DNA of 55,690 nucleotides from an uncultured Candidatus Saccharibacteria bacterium. GTDB lineage: Bacteria > Patescibacteriota > Saccharimonadia > Saccharimonadales > CAZNVG01. The translations under genes and the position numbers were made by a program. Of the stretch, positions 43,748 through 52,969 are shown piece by piece; within the stretch, counting starts at the first letter, position 1, and the number at the start of each line of letters is the position of its first letter. Under the pieces are notes generated by a model. The model made no database searches and had not been told where the DNA came from. It saw only the letters and a program-made list of their open reading frames with translations. The stretch spans positions 1 to 55,690 of the forward strand of contig CAZNVG010000005.1 of NCBI GenBank assembly GCA_964576475.1, read 5' to 3'.

Positions 43748-44746
43748 ATGATTGAGCTTTGTATTGAACCTGGCCGTACTGTTACGTGGGAAGAATTTAA
43801 ACTAGAGAGCACTGCACGAGATGTCGGATCTATCGGACTCGATGGATACGTGAAAGGTCAGCCACGCTTTGAGCGCGTCATAAATGAGGCGGGGCACTGT
43901 ATTGGTGTGCAGAACTTTAATCACCACGAGGAAGTGAATCGGCTTGCTACGCTGGCAACTTGTCAGCAAGTAGACATAGCCTTGAAGTCTGGATTTGTTG
44001 ACGGATTTCGTGAGGAACATGGACGGTTTATGGCGAACGTCTATGTTAATGATTCCGATCAGGATGTATGCGCTGCCGTTTGGCTATTGCGCAATAAACA
44101 TCTCGTGCACGACCAGGGCAGCCCGGTGATAAATAGATTTGTTACCGTTGCCGGACTCATGGACATGACCGCAGGAAGTTATCCGTTTGATCAAGACACA
44201 CCTTTCTTGGAAACACTAAACTGGATCAATCAACCATACAATCAAGCACGACTGAATGGCGAAGCGACGTCTAACGATCCAGAAGTGCATCGTATGATTA
44301 TCGATGCGGTAGGCAGTAGGATTGATAAATATATCGTAGGTCGTGATGAAAAGGTGCCGCTTGATACACGCTATACACCTCTCGAAAAAGGAAAGGGGTG
44401 GATGATGATCAGGGAAGTAGGTCCGCAAGGTAAACTAGGCGCGATTAATGACGGAGCTGATGCATTAATTCAGGTACGCGATAACGACCCTGAGCATATG
44501 CACGTAAGTTTCTGGCGCAAGAGCGAATGGATTCCCATAGATTTCCACCACATTATGGAACGATTGAATGAGGCAGAGCTTGCGCGACTTAAAGAGCTGA
44601 AACTTATTGATCACGATGTTGATTCGCTGGATGCGACCAGAGCATGGGGTGGGGGCAATACGACTTTCGGCTCTCCGCGAGTTATAGGCACGCGACTTGA
44701 TCTCTCAGAAATTGCCGAAATTGCCGATGAATTCTCAAACATCTGA
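43748..44746 (+). CDS. Divergent DHH-superfamily-like phosphoesterase (tentative)
   Basis: NFNHH, NDSDQD and DMTAG resemble DHH metal-binding motifs. C-terminal WGGGNTTFGSPR resembles the DHHA1 GGG motif. Confidence 0.5.
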   Translation: MIELCIEPGRTVTWEEFKLESTARDVGSIGLDGYVKGQPRFERVINEAGHCIGVQNFNHHEEVNRLATLATCQQVDIALKSGFVDGFREEHGRFMANVYVNDSDQDVCAAVWLLRNKHLVHDQGSPVINRFVTVAGLMDMTAGSYPFDQDTPFLETLNWINQPYNQARLNGEATSNDPEVHRMIIDAVGSRIDKYIVGRDEKVPLDTRYTPLEKGKGWMMIREVGPQGKLGAINDGADALIQVRDNDPEHMHVSFWRKSEWIPIDFHHIMERLNEAELARLKELKLIDHDVDSLDATRAWGGGNTTFGSPRVIGTRLDLSEIAEIADEFSNI

Positions 44747-44782
44747 ATATACGACATCATCATCTGAGAAATGCGCTCAATC

Positions 44783-44791
44783 TGTTATAAT
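44783..44791 (+). promoter_or_regulatory. Extended -10 promoter of the aspS leader
   Basis: TGtTATAAT, 7 nt upstream of the leader ORF ATG (44799). Confidence 0.65.
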
Positions 44792-44798
44792 CGAGATT

Positions 44799-44873
44799 AT
44801 GATACGTTTTGGCAGCAATAATATGAATCCATGGGTCGATGCAAGCGCGACTCAGGCGCACGCTATTGCATAA
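44799..44873 (+). CDS. Putative leaderless 24-aa leader peptide (Asn-rich) of aspS
   Basis: MIRFGSNNMNPWVDASATQAHAIA*, with three AAT codons in four positions, overlapping hairpin 44831-44882. Confidence 0.55.
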   Translation: MIRFGSNNMNPWVDASATQAHAIA

Positions 44874-44882
44874 ACGACCCAT
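44831..44882 (+). promoter_or_regulatory. Leader hairpin (putative attenuator)
   Basis: ATGGGTCG/CGACCCAT outer stem, ATGCAA/TTGCAT inner stem. Confidence 0.55.
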
Positions 44883-44922
44883 ACGAAGCCAGATCTATTA
44901 GCTAAACAATTAGGAAAAAACA

Positions 44923-46233
44923 ATGAGAATTCTCAGTAAAGATGTTTCGTCCAAGCCTAACGAGACAGTAACGATTCAGGGATGGCTACATAAGAAACGC
45001 TTACTAGGCGGCTTAAACTTCATCAACATTCGAGATCGAAGCGGCCTTACGCAGGTGCTTGTCGAGAAGGGTGAAGAAGTAGAGAAGCTTCGTGGTATGC
45101 AAATAGGGACTGTACTTTCAGTTACTGGCACTGTTTTTGCAGATGAGAGAGCACCGGGTGGCGCAGAATTACACGATCCTGAAATCACTGTGCTTGTGCC
45201 AGTAGTTGACGAGCCGCCAATTGAAATTGATAAGCCACTCAATCACAAATCTGAAAACCTAGATACCCTCTTTGATAATCGCGTACTGGGACTAAGAAAC
45301 CTGCAGGAAAAGGCGATATTTGAAATCCAGTCTACTATTTGCCGCGCAATGCGTGAGTATTTCTATGCAAACGACTTTACTGAAATGCATACGCCAAAAC
45401 TATTAGCCGAGCCAACTGAAGGTGGAGCAGAGGTATTCCAGTTAGACTACTTCGGAAAGACCGCTACGTTGGCGCAAAGTCCGCAGTTCTATAAACAGAT
45501 GATGGTTGGCGTGTTTGAGCGTGCCTTTGAAATAGCTCCGGTGTATCGAGCGGAGCCGAGTGCGACAACCCGACATATGACTGAATATACGTCTGTTGAC
45601 GGAGAGATGGGCTTTATTACACTGGACGATTTGCAGAATTTCCTGTCGGGACTACTAAATGCTGCCTGTGATGCAGTTTGGGAGAAACACGAAACAGAAC
45701 TAAAGCGTTGGAATGCGACAAAGCCTGTTATTCCAAAAGAAATACCAGTCATGAGTATGGCGGAAATCCATGAGCGATACAGTAAAGCCAACGCAACTAG
45801 CACAGTTGGAGAGAAAGACCTCCGCCCTGACGAGGAGCGATGGATTTGTGAATACGCGAAGAAAAATCTCGGCTCAGAAGCGATCTTTGTGAGTGAGTGG
45901 CCTGCAAGCGAGATGAAGTTTTACCATAAAGCCAACGAACAAAATCCCGAAATCGCTGATAGGGTTGATCTACTGTTTCGTGGTGTTGAAATCACCACAG
46001 GATCAATGCGAGAAAACCGTTACGAAGTTGTCGTCGAGCAACTTAGAAAACTTGCCGGTGGCGATCCAGATGATCCCGGATTCACACCTCTGCTTACAGC
46101 TATGAAGTATGGCATGCCGCCTCATGGAGGATTTGGCTTGGGGCTCGAACGAGTTACGCAAAAGCTACTTGGATTCGGCAACATTAAAGAAGCAACATTA
46201 TTCCCTCGTGACCTGAATCGACTTGCACCCTAA
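44923..46233 (+). CDS. aspS: Aspartate--tRNA ligase, archaeal/non-discriminating type
   Basis: OB fold (GWLHKKR..FINIRDRSG), LAQSPQFYKQ, FEIAPVYRAE..RH..EY, GMPPHGGFGLGLER. 436 aa with no bacterial GAD insertion. Confidence 0.93.
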   Translation: MRILSKDVSSKPNETVTIQGWLHKKRLLGGLNFINIRDRSGLTQVLVEKGEEVEKLRGMQIGTVLSVTGTVFADERAPGGAELHDPEITVLVPVVDEPPIEIDKPLNHKSENLDTLFDNRVLGLRNLQEKAIFEIQSTICRAMREYFYANDFTEMHTPKLLAEPTEGGAEVFQLDYFGKTATLAQSPQFYKQMMVGVFERAFEIAPVYRAEPSATTRHMTEYTSVDGEMGFITLDDLQNFLSGLLNAACDAVWEKHETELKRWNATKPVIPKEIPVMSMAEIHERYSKANATSTVGEKDLRPDEERWICEYAKKNLGSEAIFVSEWPASEMKFYHKANEQNPEIADRVDLLFRGVEITTGSMRENRYEVVVEQLRKLAGGDPDDPGFTPLLTAMKYGMPPHGGFGLGLERVTQKLLGFGNIKEATLFPRDLNRLAP

Positions 46234-46712
46234 CAGCGTGCAGAGCGAATCCTGCTTCTTTCCATGGATGGCCATTGCTCGTCGTCGACGTGAAGAATTG
46301 TATGAACCATAGCGTACCGATATTCAGTATGAGCATTGTCGTTGGCGCAGATTTCTTCTAGACCAAGCAGATTTAATGCTCGAGATCCAATAGACTGGCA
46401 GTCAATATTGAAGCTGTCTCGATGGTAACGGACTTCTTCGCCGTCAGCTGGAACAGTGATCCTGTGTGATCGACTCTCCAAAAAGGCCTCAGTAGTGAAC
46501 AGAATCGCTAACCCATTCTCAAGTAATTCGTACTTATAGCTTGATCGTCTCGTCAAGTGATCGGGTCTAGTTCTATCGCAGTACAGCATTGTGTCCATGG
46601 TGTGCGTGGTGGGTTCGTTTGCAATTAAAGGAGCTATGTTCCCTTGAAGCTGCTGTAGAAAGACCCGAGCCGTTTCGACGTTTCGCTCAAAGACGCTTTG
46701 TTGTGATTCCAT
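46230..46712 (-). CDS. Hypothetical protein
   Basis: Open frame convergent on aspS with a 4-nt stop overlap. ATG 46712 preferred. Confidence 0.55.
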   Translation of the reverse strand: MESQQSVFERNVETARVFLQQLQGNIAPLIANEPTTHTMDTMLYCDRTRPDHLTRRSSYKYELLENGLAILFTTEAFLESRSHRITVPADGEEVRYHRDSFNIDCQSIGSRALNLLGLEEICANDNAHTEYRYAMVHTILHVDDEQWPSMERSRIRSARC

Positions 46713-46802
46713 ACGATTGTTATAGCACGACACTATTTGCTAAACATGACCATAATTCCTTTTGCCTATAGGGCGTATACTTAAAGTAGGAAGGAGATCA
46801 AT

Positions 46803-47066
46803 ATGTCAAAACGTGAATTTACTCCCGAGGAAGCAATGCTCATAGGAGAGCGAGTTGGTATTGATTTTACTAAGATTGACCTAGAGCAGTTCCGACTTGG
46901 GCTCGCAGTAGAAATGGAGCATGGTTCGCATGACCCAGAGACCAATGTTACTGACAATAGCGTCAGTTTAACCGCAAAGATTGCATGGGCTCATTTAAAA
47001 GAAATTCCCGATTACTATACACGACTGTCAAAAATGGAAGCCGAGGGAGAAGCAGCCTCAGCGTAA
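46803..47066 (+). CDS. DUF5661-like small protein
   Basis: EQFRLGLAVEMEHG...TAKIAWAHLKEIPDYYTRL. AGGAG SD. Confidence 0.8.
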   Translation: MSKREFTPEEAMLIGERVGIDFTKIDLEQFRLGLAVEMEHGSHDPETNVTDNSVSLTAKIAWAHLKEIPDYYTRLSKMEAEGEAASA

Positions 47067-47141
47067 AGTTGACTAGGTGTTTTTCGTGCGAATTAACCGC
47101 TTCTGATACATAACAAGTTTCTCATTCGTGCCAGATTCGTC

Positions 47142-47684
47142 GTGCTCATGTACAATCAGCGTGTGAGTAACTATGCTTTTATCGATTCACAAAATCTCAA
47201 TGTTGGGATTCGCTCACTTGGATGGCACCTCGACTGGCGTAAATTTCGTCAATTTCTCATCGATCAGCACAATTGCGAGAAAGCCTATATCTTTATTGGA
47301 TTTACTCCCGGTAACGAAGAACTGTACACGTATTTGCAAAAGGCTGGATTTGAAGTTATATTCCGTCACACATTAGAGCATGATGGAACAGTCAAGGGAA
47401 ACACCGATGCTGAGATGGTGTTGCACACCATGATTGAGTACCCAAACTATGAGAAGGCTGTCATTGTGTCCGGAGATGGCGACTTCTTTAGTTTAGTAGA
47501 GTACCTTCATCATAACGATAAGCTTGCTCGCATCCTTGTGCCTAATCGTAAATACTCAGCGCATTTGCGAAATTACGACTCGTTCGTCACTCGTTTGGAT
47601 GAGATGAAGCGCGAACTACAATACAAACCGCACAGACCAAAACCAAAGCAAGATCAAGACGGCGCTAAACCACACCCCCAGTAA
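47142..47684 (+). CDS. NYN domain (LabA/DUF88, PIN-like) protein
   Basis: AFIDSQNL, KGNTDAEM, IVSGDGDF acidic motifs. Confidence 0.88.
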   Translation: MLMYNQRVSNYAFIDSQNLNVGIRSLGWHLDWRKFRQFLIDQHNCEKAYIFIGFTPGNEELYTYLQKAGFEVIFRHTLEHDGTVKGNTDAEMVLHTMIEYPNYEKAVIVSGDGDFFSLVEYLHHNDKLARILVPNRKYSAHLRNYDSFVTRLDEMKRELQYKPHRPKPKQDQDGAKPHPQ

Positions 47685-48231
47685 AGCCATCTGTTGACGC
47701 GCCCGTAGGGGGATTTTTTGAGGTAGGCATAGTAAGTACTTCCGTCTGCGTGTTGTCGTTGAATCCGAGCTCCTCGGCCTCATAGCTTAACTCAATAACT
47801 TTACTGAAATTTAGACCTTCGCCGAGCATGAAAACTCGCCGGTATGTTTCCATGAGCTGTGAAGTGATCAATGGTTTTGGTTGACCCTCAGGCTGCTTTC
47901 GAAGTAAATCCTTTATCATTAAAACCGCAAAACCTACGAGCAATAATGGTGACTCAAGTACTCCAAGCAATCTGTTGTAGGCGCGATACCAAGAGGTTCT
48001 GGTGCGCAAATTGACGTACTCGGACGCCACGTTCAACCCTGTGATAACTAGTAGCACGATTGTAATAATCGGTTGTCTGCCGAGCACATTTGGTTTCTGC
48101 GTGAAAGGATAGCGATTGTAGTCACTCAATGCGAACGCGTACTGAAGACCGATCATCAAAACTACGACCGCAAGTATGCTTGCTGCAATGATGAGTCGGA
48201 TTTGCACGACGCGTTTAGGGTTGGCAGCCAT
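47665..48231 (-). CDS. Hypothetical membrane protein
   Basis: Three hydrophobic segments. TATAAT lies 10 nt upstream. Confidence 0.6.
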   Translation of the reverse strand: MAANPKRVVQIRLIIAASILAVVVLMIGLQYAFALSDYNRYPFTQKPNVLGRQPIITIVLLVITGLNVASEYVNLRTRTSWYRAYNRLLGVLESPLLLVGFAVLMIKDLLRKQPEGQPKPLITSQLMETYRRVFMLGEGLNFSKVIELSYEAEELGFNDNTQTEVLTMPTSKNPPTGASTDGFTGGVV

Positions 48232-48283
48232 ATTGCTTATGATTATAAGCCAAAGCGTCTAAAAATACTGCTTCTGTGGAAAA

Positions 48284-48652
48284 CTACTTCTTTTTCTTAA
48301 TTGCCTGTGTAATTTTCTCTATATCGACATGCCATTGGTCTACTGCAAAAGCAGTTGCCGCAAAAGCGAGAATCATGAACACTGCGATAACTTTTAGAGC
48401 CATCGTTTGGTCAAGTTGTAGCCAAGTAAAGAGAAGCCACAGTGGTCCTACGAACACAACGAAAGCGATAACTGATACAAAGTAACTCTTCGCTCGAGTG
48501 TCAATGTTTACAGGCAACTCTTTATATTGTTTTCCGTCTCGATAGGCGATAAGTCTTCGCAATTTTTCGCGCATGTTCTGTACTTCCCAGAAGTTGTGAA
48601 TTAATTCATTGAGTGAAAGTGCAAGGATAAGGTTTAGTAGTGTTTGGTTCAT
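48284..48652 (-). CDS. Small membrane protein
   Basis: Start reassigned to ATG 48652 (GGAG SD), MNQTLLNLIL..., 2-3 TMs, basic tail. Confidence 0.7.
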   Translation of the reverse strand: MNQTLLNLILALSLNELIHNFWEVQNMREKLRRLIAYRDGKQYKELPVNIDTRAKSYFVSVIAFVVFVGPLWLLFTWLQLDQTMALKVIAVFMILAFAATAFAVDQWHVDIEKITQAIKKKK

Positions 48653-49022
48653 GTGGGTTTCTCCGTTAATGGCTATTAGCATACACCAAAAAAGTTGATA
48701 GCGAGGCAATAGCCATAAATTGAACCACAATGCCCAGACCCGCAAATTGATGGTAGAATACTTTAAGCTGTTCTGGGGATATGTATAGGCGAGCCATCTG
48801 CCGCGCGCGCTAGGTAAGATCGAGATCGAGCGAAAAAGGCGCGCTTCGCTTTGCCTAAAAATCAACTAAACAGCTAGTAAAAAATTATGGATAGTTCTGC
48901 GTATAAAATTCTAGTTCTGGTGTTCGCCTTTTTTCTGGGTACAGTGATTTTGTCTAACATTCTCGCGTTACTGACTACGGCTACTTTAAAACTGGTTGCT
49001 CGACGAAGAGCAAGGCGGATGC

Positions 49023-49664
49023 ATGGTTAAGAAGCGCACAAAACACCTATCACAGAACACGAAGAAGCTGCTGGGGTACGGCATGATGTTTCTTTGCGGC
49101 TTCTTAAGTGTGTATATCTTTGCGGCAAGCTATGAGACAACTTTCAGCGCTGACCTGCCAATCGTAAATTCAGTAAGTAAAGTGACGACACCGCCCGTGT
49201 CTAGGTTGCTAGAAACAGGAAGCAAGACAAATCAACTCGACAGTGGAAATTATGGCAAGCCAGCAGTGTTGAAAATACCGAGTCACAATTCAAAAATAGT
49301 TCTTGCCCCACAGATCGATCGATCGGGCATATTGCTTGCACGCGCCAACACGGCACATTACACCCTGCTTTCAAGTCCCAAGAACGGAAATCTCGGCAAT
49401 ATTTTTGTTTATTTTATGACTAGCTGGCGCACGGACGCCCATATCGAAACACTCAAAGCTGGTGACAATGTATTCATAGATACCGACAGAGATTGGCGAT
49501 ACTTTTTCAGGGTGGACAGCACAAAGAACGTGGACAAAACTCAGACTTTTGTTATGCGAGAAGCTGTCGCCTCTCAGCTGATTCTGGCAGCTCAGAAAAG
49601 CGACAGTAGCTCGTTATTTGTTATAGAGGCATCGCTCGTAAACGTACAGAATGTGAGGCAATAG
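49023..49664 (+). CDS. Sortase-fold protein lacking catalytic His/Cys/Arg (pseudo-sortase)
   Basis: N-terminal TM, PAVLKIPS, GNLGNIFV (GNxVIAGH position without His), LKAGDNVFI, YFFRV, LILAAQ (TLxTC position without Cys), FVIEA. Confidence 0.6.
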   Translation: MVKKRTKHLSQNTKKLLGYGMMFLCGFLSVYIFAASYETTFSADLPIVNSVSKVTTPPVSRLLETGSKTNQLDSGNYGKPAVLKIPSHNSKIVLAPQIDRSGILLARANTAHYTLLSSPKNGNLGNIFVYFMTSWRTDAHIETLKAGDNVFIDTDRDWRYFFRVDSTKNVDKTQTFVMREAVASQLILAAQKSDSSSLFVIEASLVNVQNVRQ

Positions 49665-50936
49665 ATGGACGGAGCATGGTTTTACACTTTTCGAAATATT
49701 GCAGTATTTTTTGCTGCTGTTATGTTACTCAAATACTATGTGTTTCTAATTTTGGCACCTTGGTACGATGTTAAGGATGCTCGTCGTCGTCTCAGGAACT
49801 TGCAACAGTTTTACAATGACCCTAAAAAAGCACCGTATCAACCGCGCGTTTCGGTGATTATTCCAGCCTGGAATGAGGAAGTCGGTATACTGCGCAGCGT
49901 TGAATCAATAATCCGCAGCACATATCACAATATTGAAGTAATCGTTGTAAATGACGGATCAACTGATCGGTCACATAGAATGATGCAGAAGTACATGCTC
50001 AATCAGCGCGCCCATCGGAGAGGCAATGAGGTGCGGGTTCGATATTTCTATAAGAACAACGGCGGTAAGGGCGCGGCATTGAATCATGCACTGGCGCGCG
50101 TGCGCGGAGATATTGTTGTTACTATGGACGCCGACTCGCTATTTTCAAAGTATGCTGTGGAGCGCTTGGTGGGGTACTTTGCCGATCCTGATGTTGACTG
50201 TGTTGTTGGCAATGTCCGCATAGCCAACCGATCGACACTGATAGGAAGACTTCAGGCATTGGAGTATATGTTCGGGTTTTACTACAAGCGCGCTCACTGC
50301 GTACTTGGAGCGGAGTATATATATGGTGGCGCATGCTCTGCGTTTCGCAAGGCAACTACCTTCGATAAATTTGGATTGTTTGACGCTGCGAACAAAACTG
50401 AGGATATCGAGATGAGTATGCGTACAAAATTCTTTGGGCTTAAGAGTTGTTATGCCGAGGACGTCGTCTGTTACACAGAAGGAGCCTCAACGATTCAAGG
50501 GTTACTCAATCAACGCCTGCGATGGAAAAAGGGTCGGTTTGATACGTTTGCGAAGTACCGCACAATGTTCTTTTCCCGTGATAAGCAGCATAAACGCTCA
50601 CTGGGTTGGTTCGTGCTGCCGTTTTCACTTCTCGCCGAGTTGCAGCTTCTGTTCGAACCAATTAGCGTTACCTTGCTTGTAACATACAGCATTATCAGCA
50701 ATGACTTTGTCTCGCTTGCACTTGGTACTCTGTTTATCGCGGTCTCCTATTTGGTTGTCGGGTTGTTCAGTAGAACACTACGACCGTCACTACTGTTTAT
50801 GTACCCTTTTACGTGGCCTTTGTTCTATGTGTTGGTTTGGATAGAATACATTGCACTCATTAGAAGCGCCTACATGTCTCTTCGAGGGAATGACATCGAG
50901 TGGCAACAGTGGGATAGAAAGGGAATTAGCGCCTAA
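49665..50936 (+). CDS. Processive GT2 glycosyltransferase (PgaC/IcaA/cellulose-synthase-like)
   Basis: VIIPAWNEE, VNDGSTD, GGKGAALN, MDAD (DxD), TEDIE, QRLRW (QxxRW), C-terminal TMs. Confidence 0.92.
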   Translation: MDGAWFYTFRNIAVFFAAVMLLKYYVFLILAPWYDVKDARRRLRNLQQFYNDPKKAPYQPRVSVIIPAWNEEVGILRSVESIIRSTYHNIEVIVVNDGSTDRSHRMMQKYMLNQRAHRRGNEVRVRYFYKNNGGKGAALNHALARVRGDIVVTMDADSLFSKYAVERLVGYFADPDVDCVVGNVRIANRSTLIGRLQALEYMFGFYYKRAHCVLGAEYIYGGACSAFRKATTFDKFGLFDAANKTEDIEMSMRTKFFGLKSCYAEDVVCYTEGASTIQGLLNQRLRWKKGRFDTFAKYRTMFFSRDKQHKRSLGWFVLPFSLLAELQLLFEPISVTLLVTYSIISNDFVSLALGTLFIAVSYLVVGLFSRTLRPSLLFMYPFTWPLFYVLVWIEYIALIRSAYMSLRGNDIEWQQWDRKGISA

Positions 50937-50937
50937 T

Positions 50938-52119
50938 ATGAAAACAAAACATATTATTCTAAACACCGCTATCTTTGCTTTTGTTATGTTATTGGCGGTC
51001 CATGTCACCTGCATGGCACTCATTAACCGTTCTCCATTTAGTAATCTTTCCAAATTTAGTTTCCGACGAGAAAAAACATATATTCTAAATGGCCAATGTG
51101 GCGGAGGGAATAGTCTGCAAGGCCTTGCCGAGAGTACTGACCCACAATTATCAAAACTTCTCCAATATCAGGATGTTTGCGGTAGCATGCCGGCAACACG
51201 CACTATGTTGTTTACGGATATGCCAAATAGCGAAACAGACGCACGCGAAAAAGCTACCAAAATGGCGGGCACACTTAAAGAATTTGATCGAGTTAAAATG
51301 GCGCCACTCATAATCATGGAGCCAGTTACTGCATGGGGGTCAATTGACTTTAAGGAGTTCCGGAGTGGGTTGTATGACTCGTGGATTGACACGTACTTTA
51401 TGACGTTAAAGAGCGAGGGAGTGAGTGATGCGCAAATGGGCATGTGGACACCATTCCCTGAAGCGAATCTTCCATACTGGAATCACCAGAACTCTAAACC
51501 TGATGACTTTGCGGTGAATGTGAGCAAGGTAGTTCAGGCTCAGAAAAAATATTTCCCTACCAGCAAAGCAAGTGTGATGCTCAATTCCGCAACGTATGAA
51601 AACGATGATTTTGACTGGGCAACGGGCGACTATACGAGTCTAGTCCCATATCTTAAAGATATTCCTAAAGGACTGATAGACAGTTTTGGATATCAAGGTC
51701 TGCCGTGGTTGCCACCGGCCACGCAGTCTGGTGTTGGTGTGGTTGATACGAATGAATACTTAAACCCTAAACTAGCAAAAGAAGCCGCTGATCAGCTAGG
51801 GGTTAAGGAAATATGGTTCAATACCGGCACCTTTGGAGCGAAGTACACACTAGATGACCTGAAGACAATTCACCCACTTCCTGAGCAGCGCAAAGATCTA
51901 CTTGCCGGAGTTTTAGTGCAAGCCAAGAAACTCAAAGATGATGGTTATAAAGTTTCCATAAACTTATTTGCACAAGATAAGTCTGCAACAGAAGAGGCCA
52001 CAGACTGGTCGTACTGGCAGTCAGATCCCAAGACTTCGCCGGCATCAATAGTATTCAGTGATTTTGCTCGTGACGTTAAAGCAAACAACATGGAGCTGTG
52101 GCTGTTTGACAGGAAATAA
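50938..52119 (+). CDS. Membrane-anchored glycoside-hydrolase-like TIM-barrel protein (GH26-like, tentative)
   Basis: N-terminal TM, IIMEP and PFPEANLPYW resembling GH26/GH-A WEP and HEMNGxWY motifs, IDSFGYQG, IWFN. Start at ATG 50938. Confidence 0.55.
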   Translation: MKTKHIILNTAIFAFVMLLAVHVTCMALINRSPFSNLSKFSFRREKTYILNGQCGGGNSLQGLAESTDPQLSKLLQYQDVCGSMPATRTMLFTDMPNSETDAREKATKMAGTLKEFDRVKMAPLIIMEPVTAWGSIDFKEFRSGLYDSWIDTYFMTLKSEGVSDAQMGMWTPFPEANLPYWNHQNSKPDDFAVNVSKVVQAQKKYFPTSKASVMLNSATYENDDFDWATGDYTSLVPYLKDIPKGLIDSFGYQGLPWLPPATQSGVGVVDTNEYLNPKLAKEAADQLGVKEIWFNTGTFGAKYTLDDLKTIHPLPEQRKDLLAGVLVQAKKLKDDGYKVSINLFAQDKSATEEATDWSYWQSDPKTSPASIVFSDFARDVKANNMELWLFDRK

Positions 52120-52294
52120 TTATTCGCTTTCGTCTTATAAGACTCATCAGTATGAATTTGAGCTTTAGCTCGATTCATAGAGCGAAGTAGACAAGCAGAC
52201 ATCAATGGGGAGAGACGAGGGTGTGCGCTAGGTAAGCGACATGTCTCGTATATCTCTATACCATTCATGCTGCTTGTCTAGAATCGCTTTTCGA

Positions 52295-52783
52295 TCAGCC
52301 TCCGGTGGAGTAGGGGTCGGTGGTGCTCGGAGGGGGCTGCTTCAGGTTGGAACCACCGGCCGAGGCGAGGTCGAGCAGCTCGTTGGCTGCGTTGATCGCA
52401 TCGGCGCTGTTGCCCGAGGCAACGGCGGACTGGTACCTGATGTAGGCGGCGAGCTTGGCCTGATCGATGTTGCCGTTGGTGTCGAAGACGCCGAGGCAGT
52501 AGGGATCCATGAACTGCGGTTCTGCCAGCGAGCCAGCGTTGCCGTCACCCTTGGTCGAGGAGAAGTACGCGGTCGGACCGACACACTTCACGCCAACGTT
52601 CAGGTATCCATCGGCCATCTCGAGTGCCAGATCCATGCTGTCCTGGTTCAGATCGCCGAGCTCGGTGTCGCCTCGACCGCGGTCGGACTCCCAGTTCTCC
52701 TCGATGCCGCAGCCCGAGATGGTGCTGAAGCCGAAGACCAGTAGCACGGCGGCCAGTAGCAGTTGATAGTTTCGTGTACGCAA
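52295..52783 (-). CDS. GC-rich predicted lipoprotein
   Basis: TTG start with GAAAGG SD, signal ending in lipobox-like ISGC, paired Cys (NVGVKC...DPYC), GC3-rich codons. Confidence 0.75.
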   Translation of the reverse strand: MRTRNYQLLLAAVLLVFGFSTISGCGIEENWESDRGRGDTELGDLNQDSMDLALEMADGYLNVGVKCVGPTAYFSSTKGDGNAGSLAEPQFMDPYCLGVFDTNGNIDQAKLAAYIRYQSAVASGNSADAINAANELLDLASAGGSNLKQPPPSTTDPYSTGG

Positions 52784-52969
52784 CAGATTGCCTTTCGTTC
52801 CTCACTCGACCCGAATGTCGAACAGTCATGCGGACTGCCTAATGTCTCCCGACGCTAGATGAGATATAGATATTCAAAAACGACGAAATACCTATAACTC
52901 ACCTAGCTTGTATTGATGTAGCTTGTCAAAAGTCATCTTTGCAAAGTCACCTCAACAAAGACAATCAGG

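Noticed and set aside
44747-44922. T-box riboswitch upstream of aspS
   Set aside because: No UGGNACC T-box sequence, no stem I AG/GNUG motifs, and the leader is too short.
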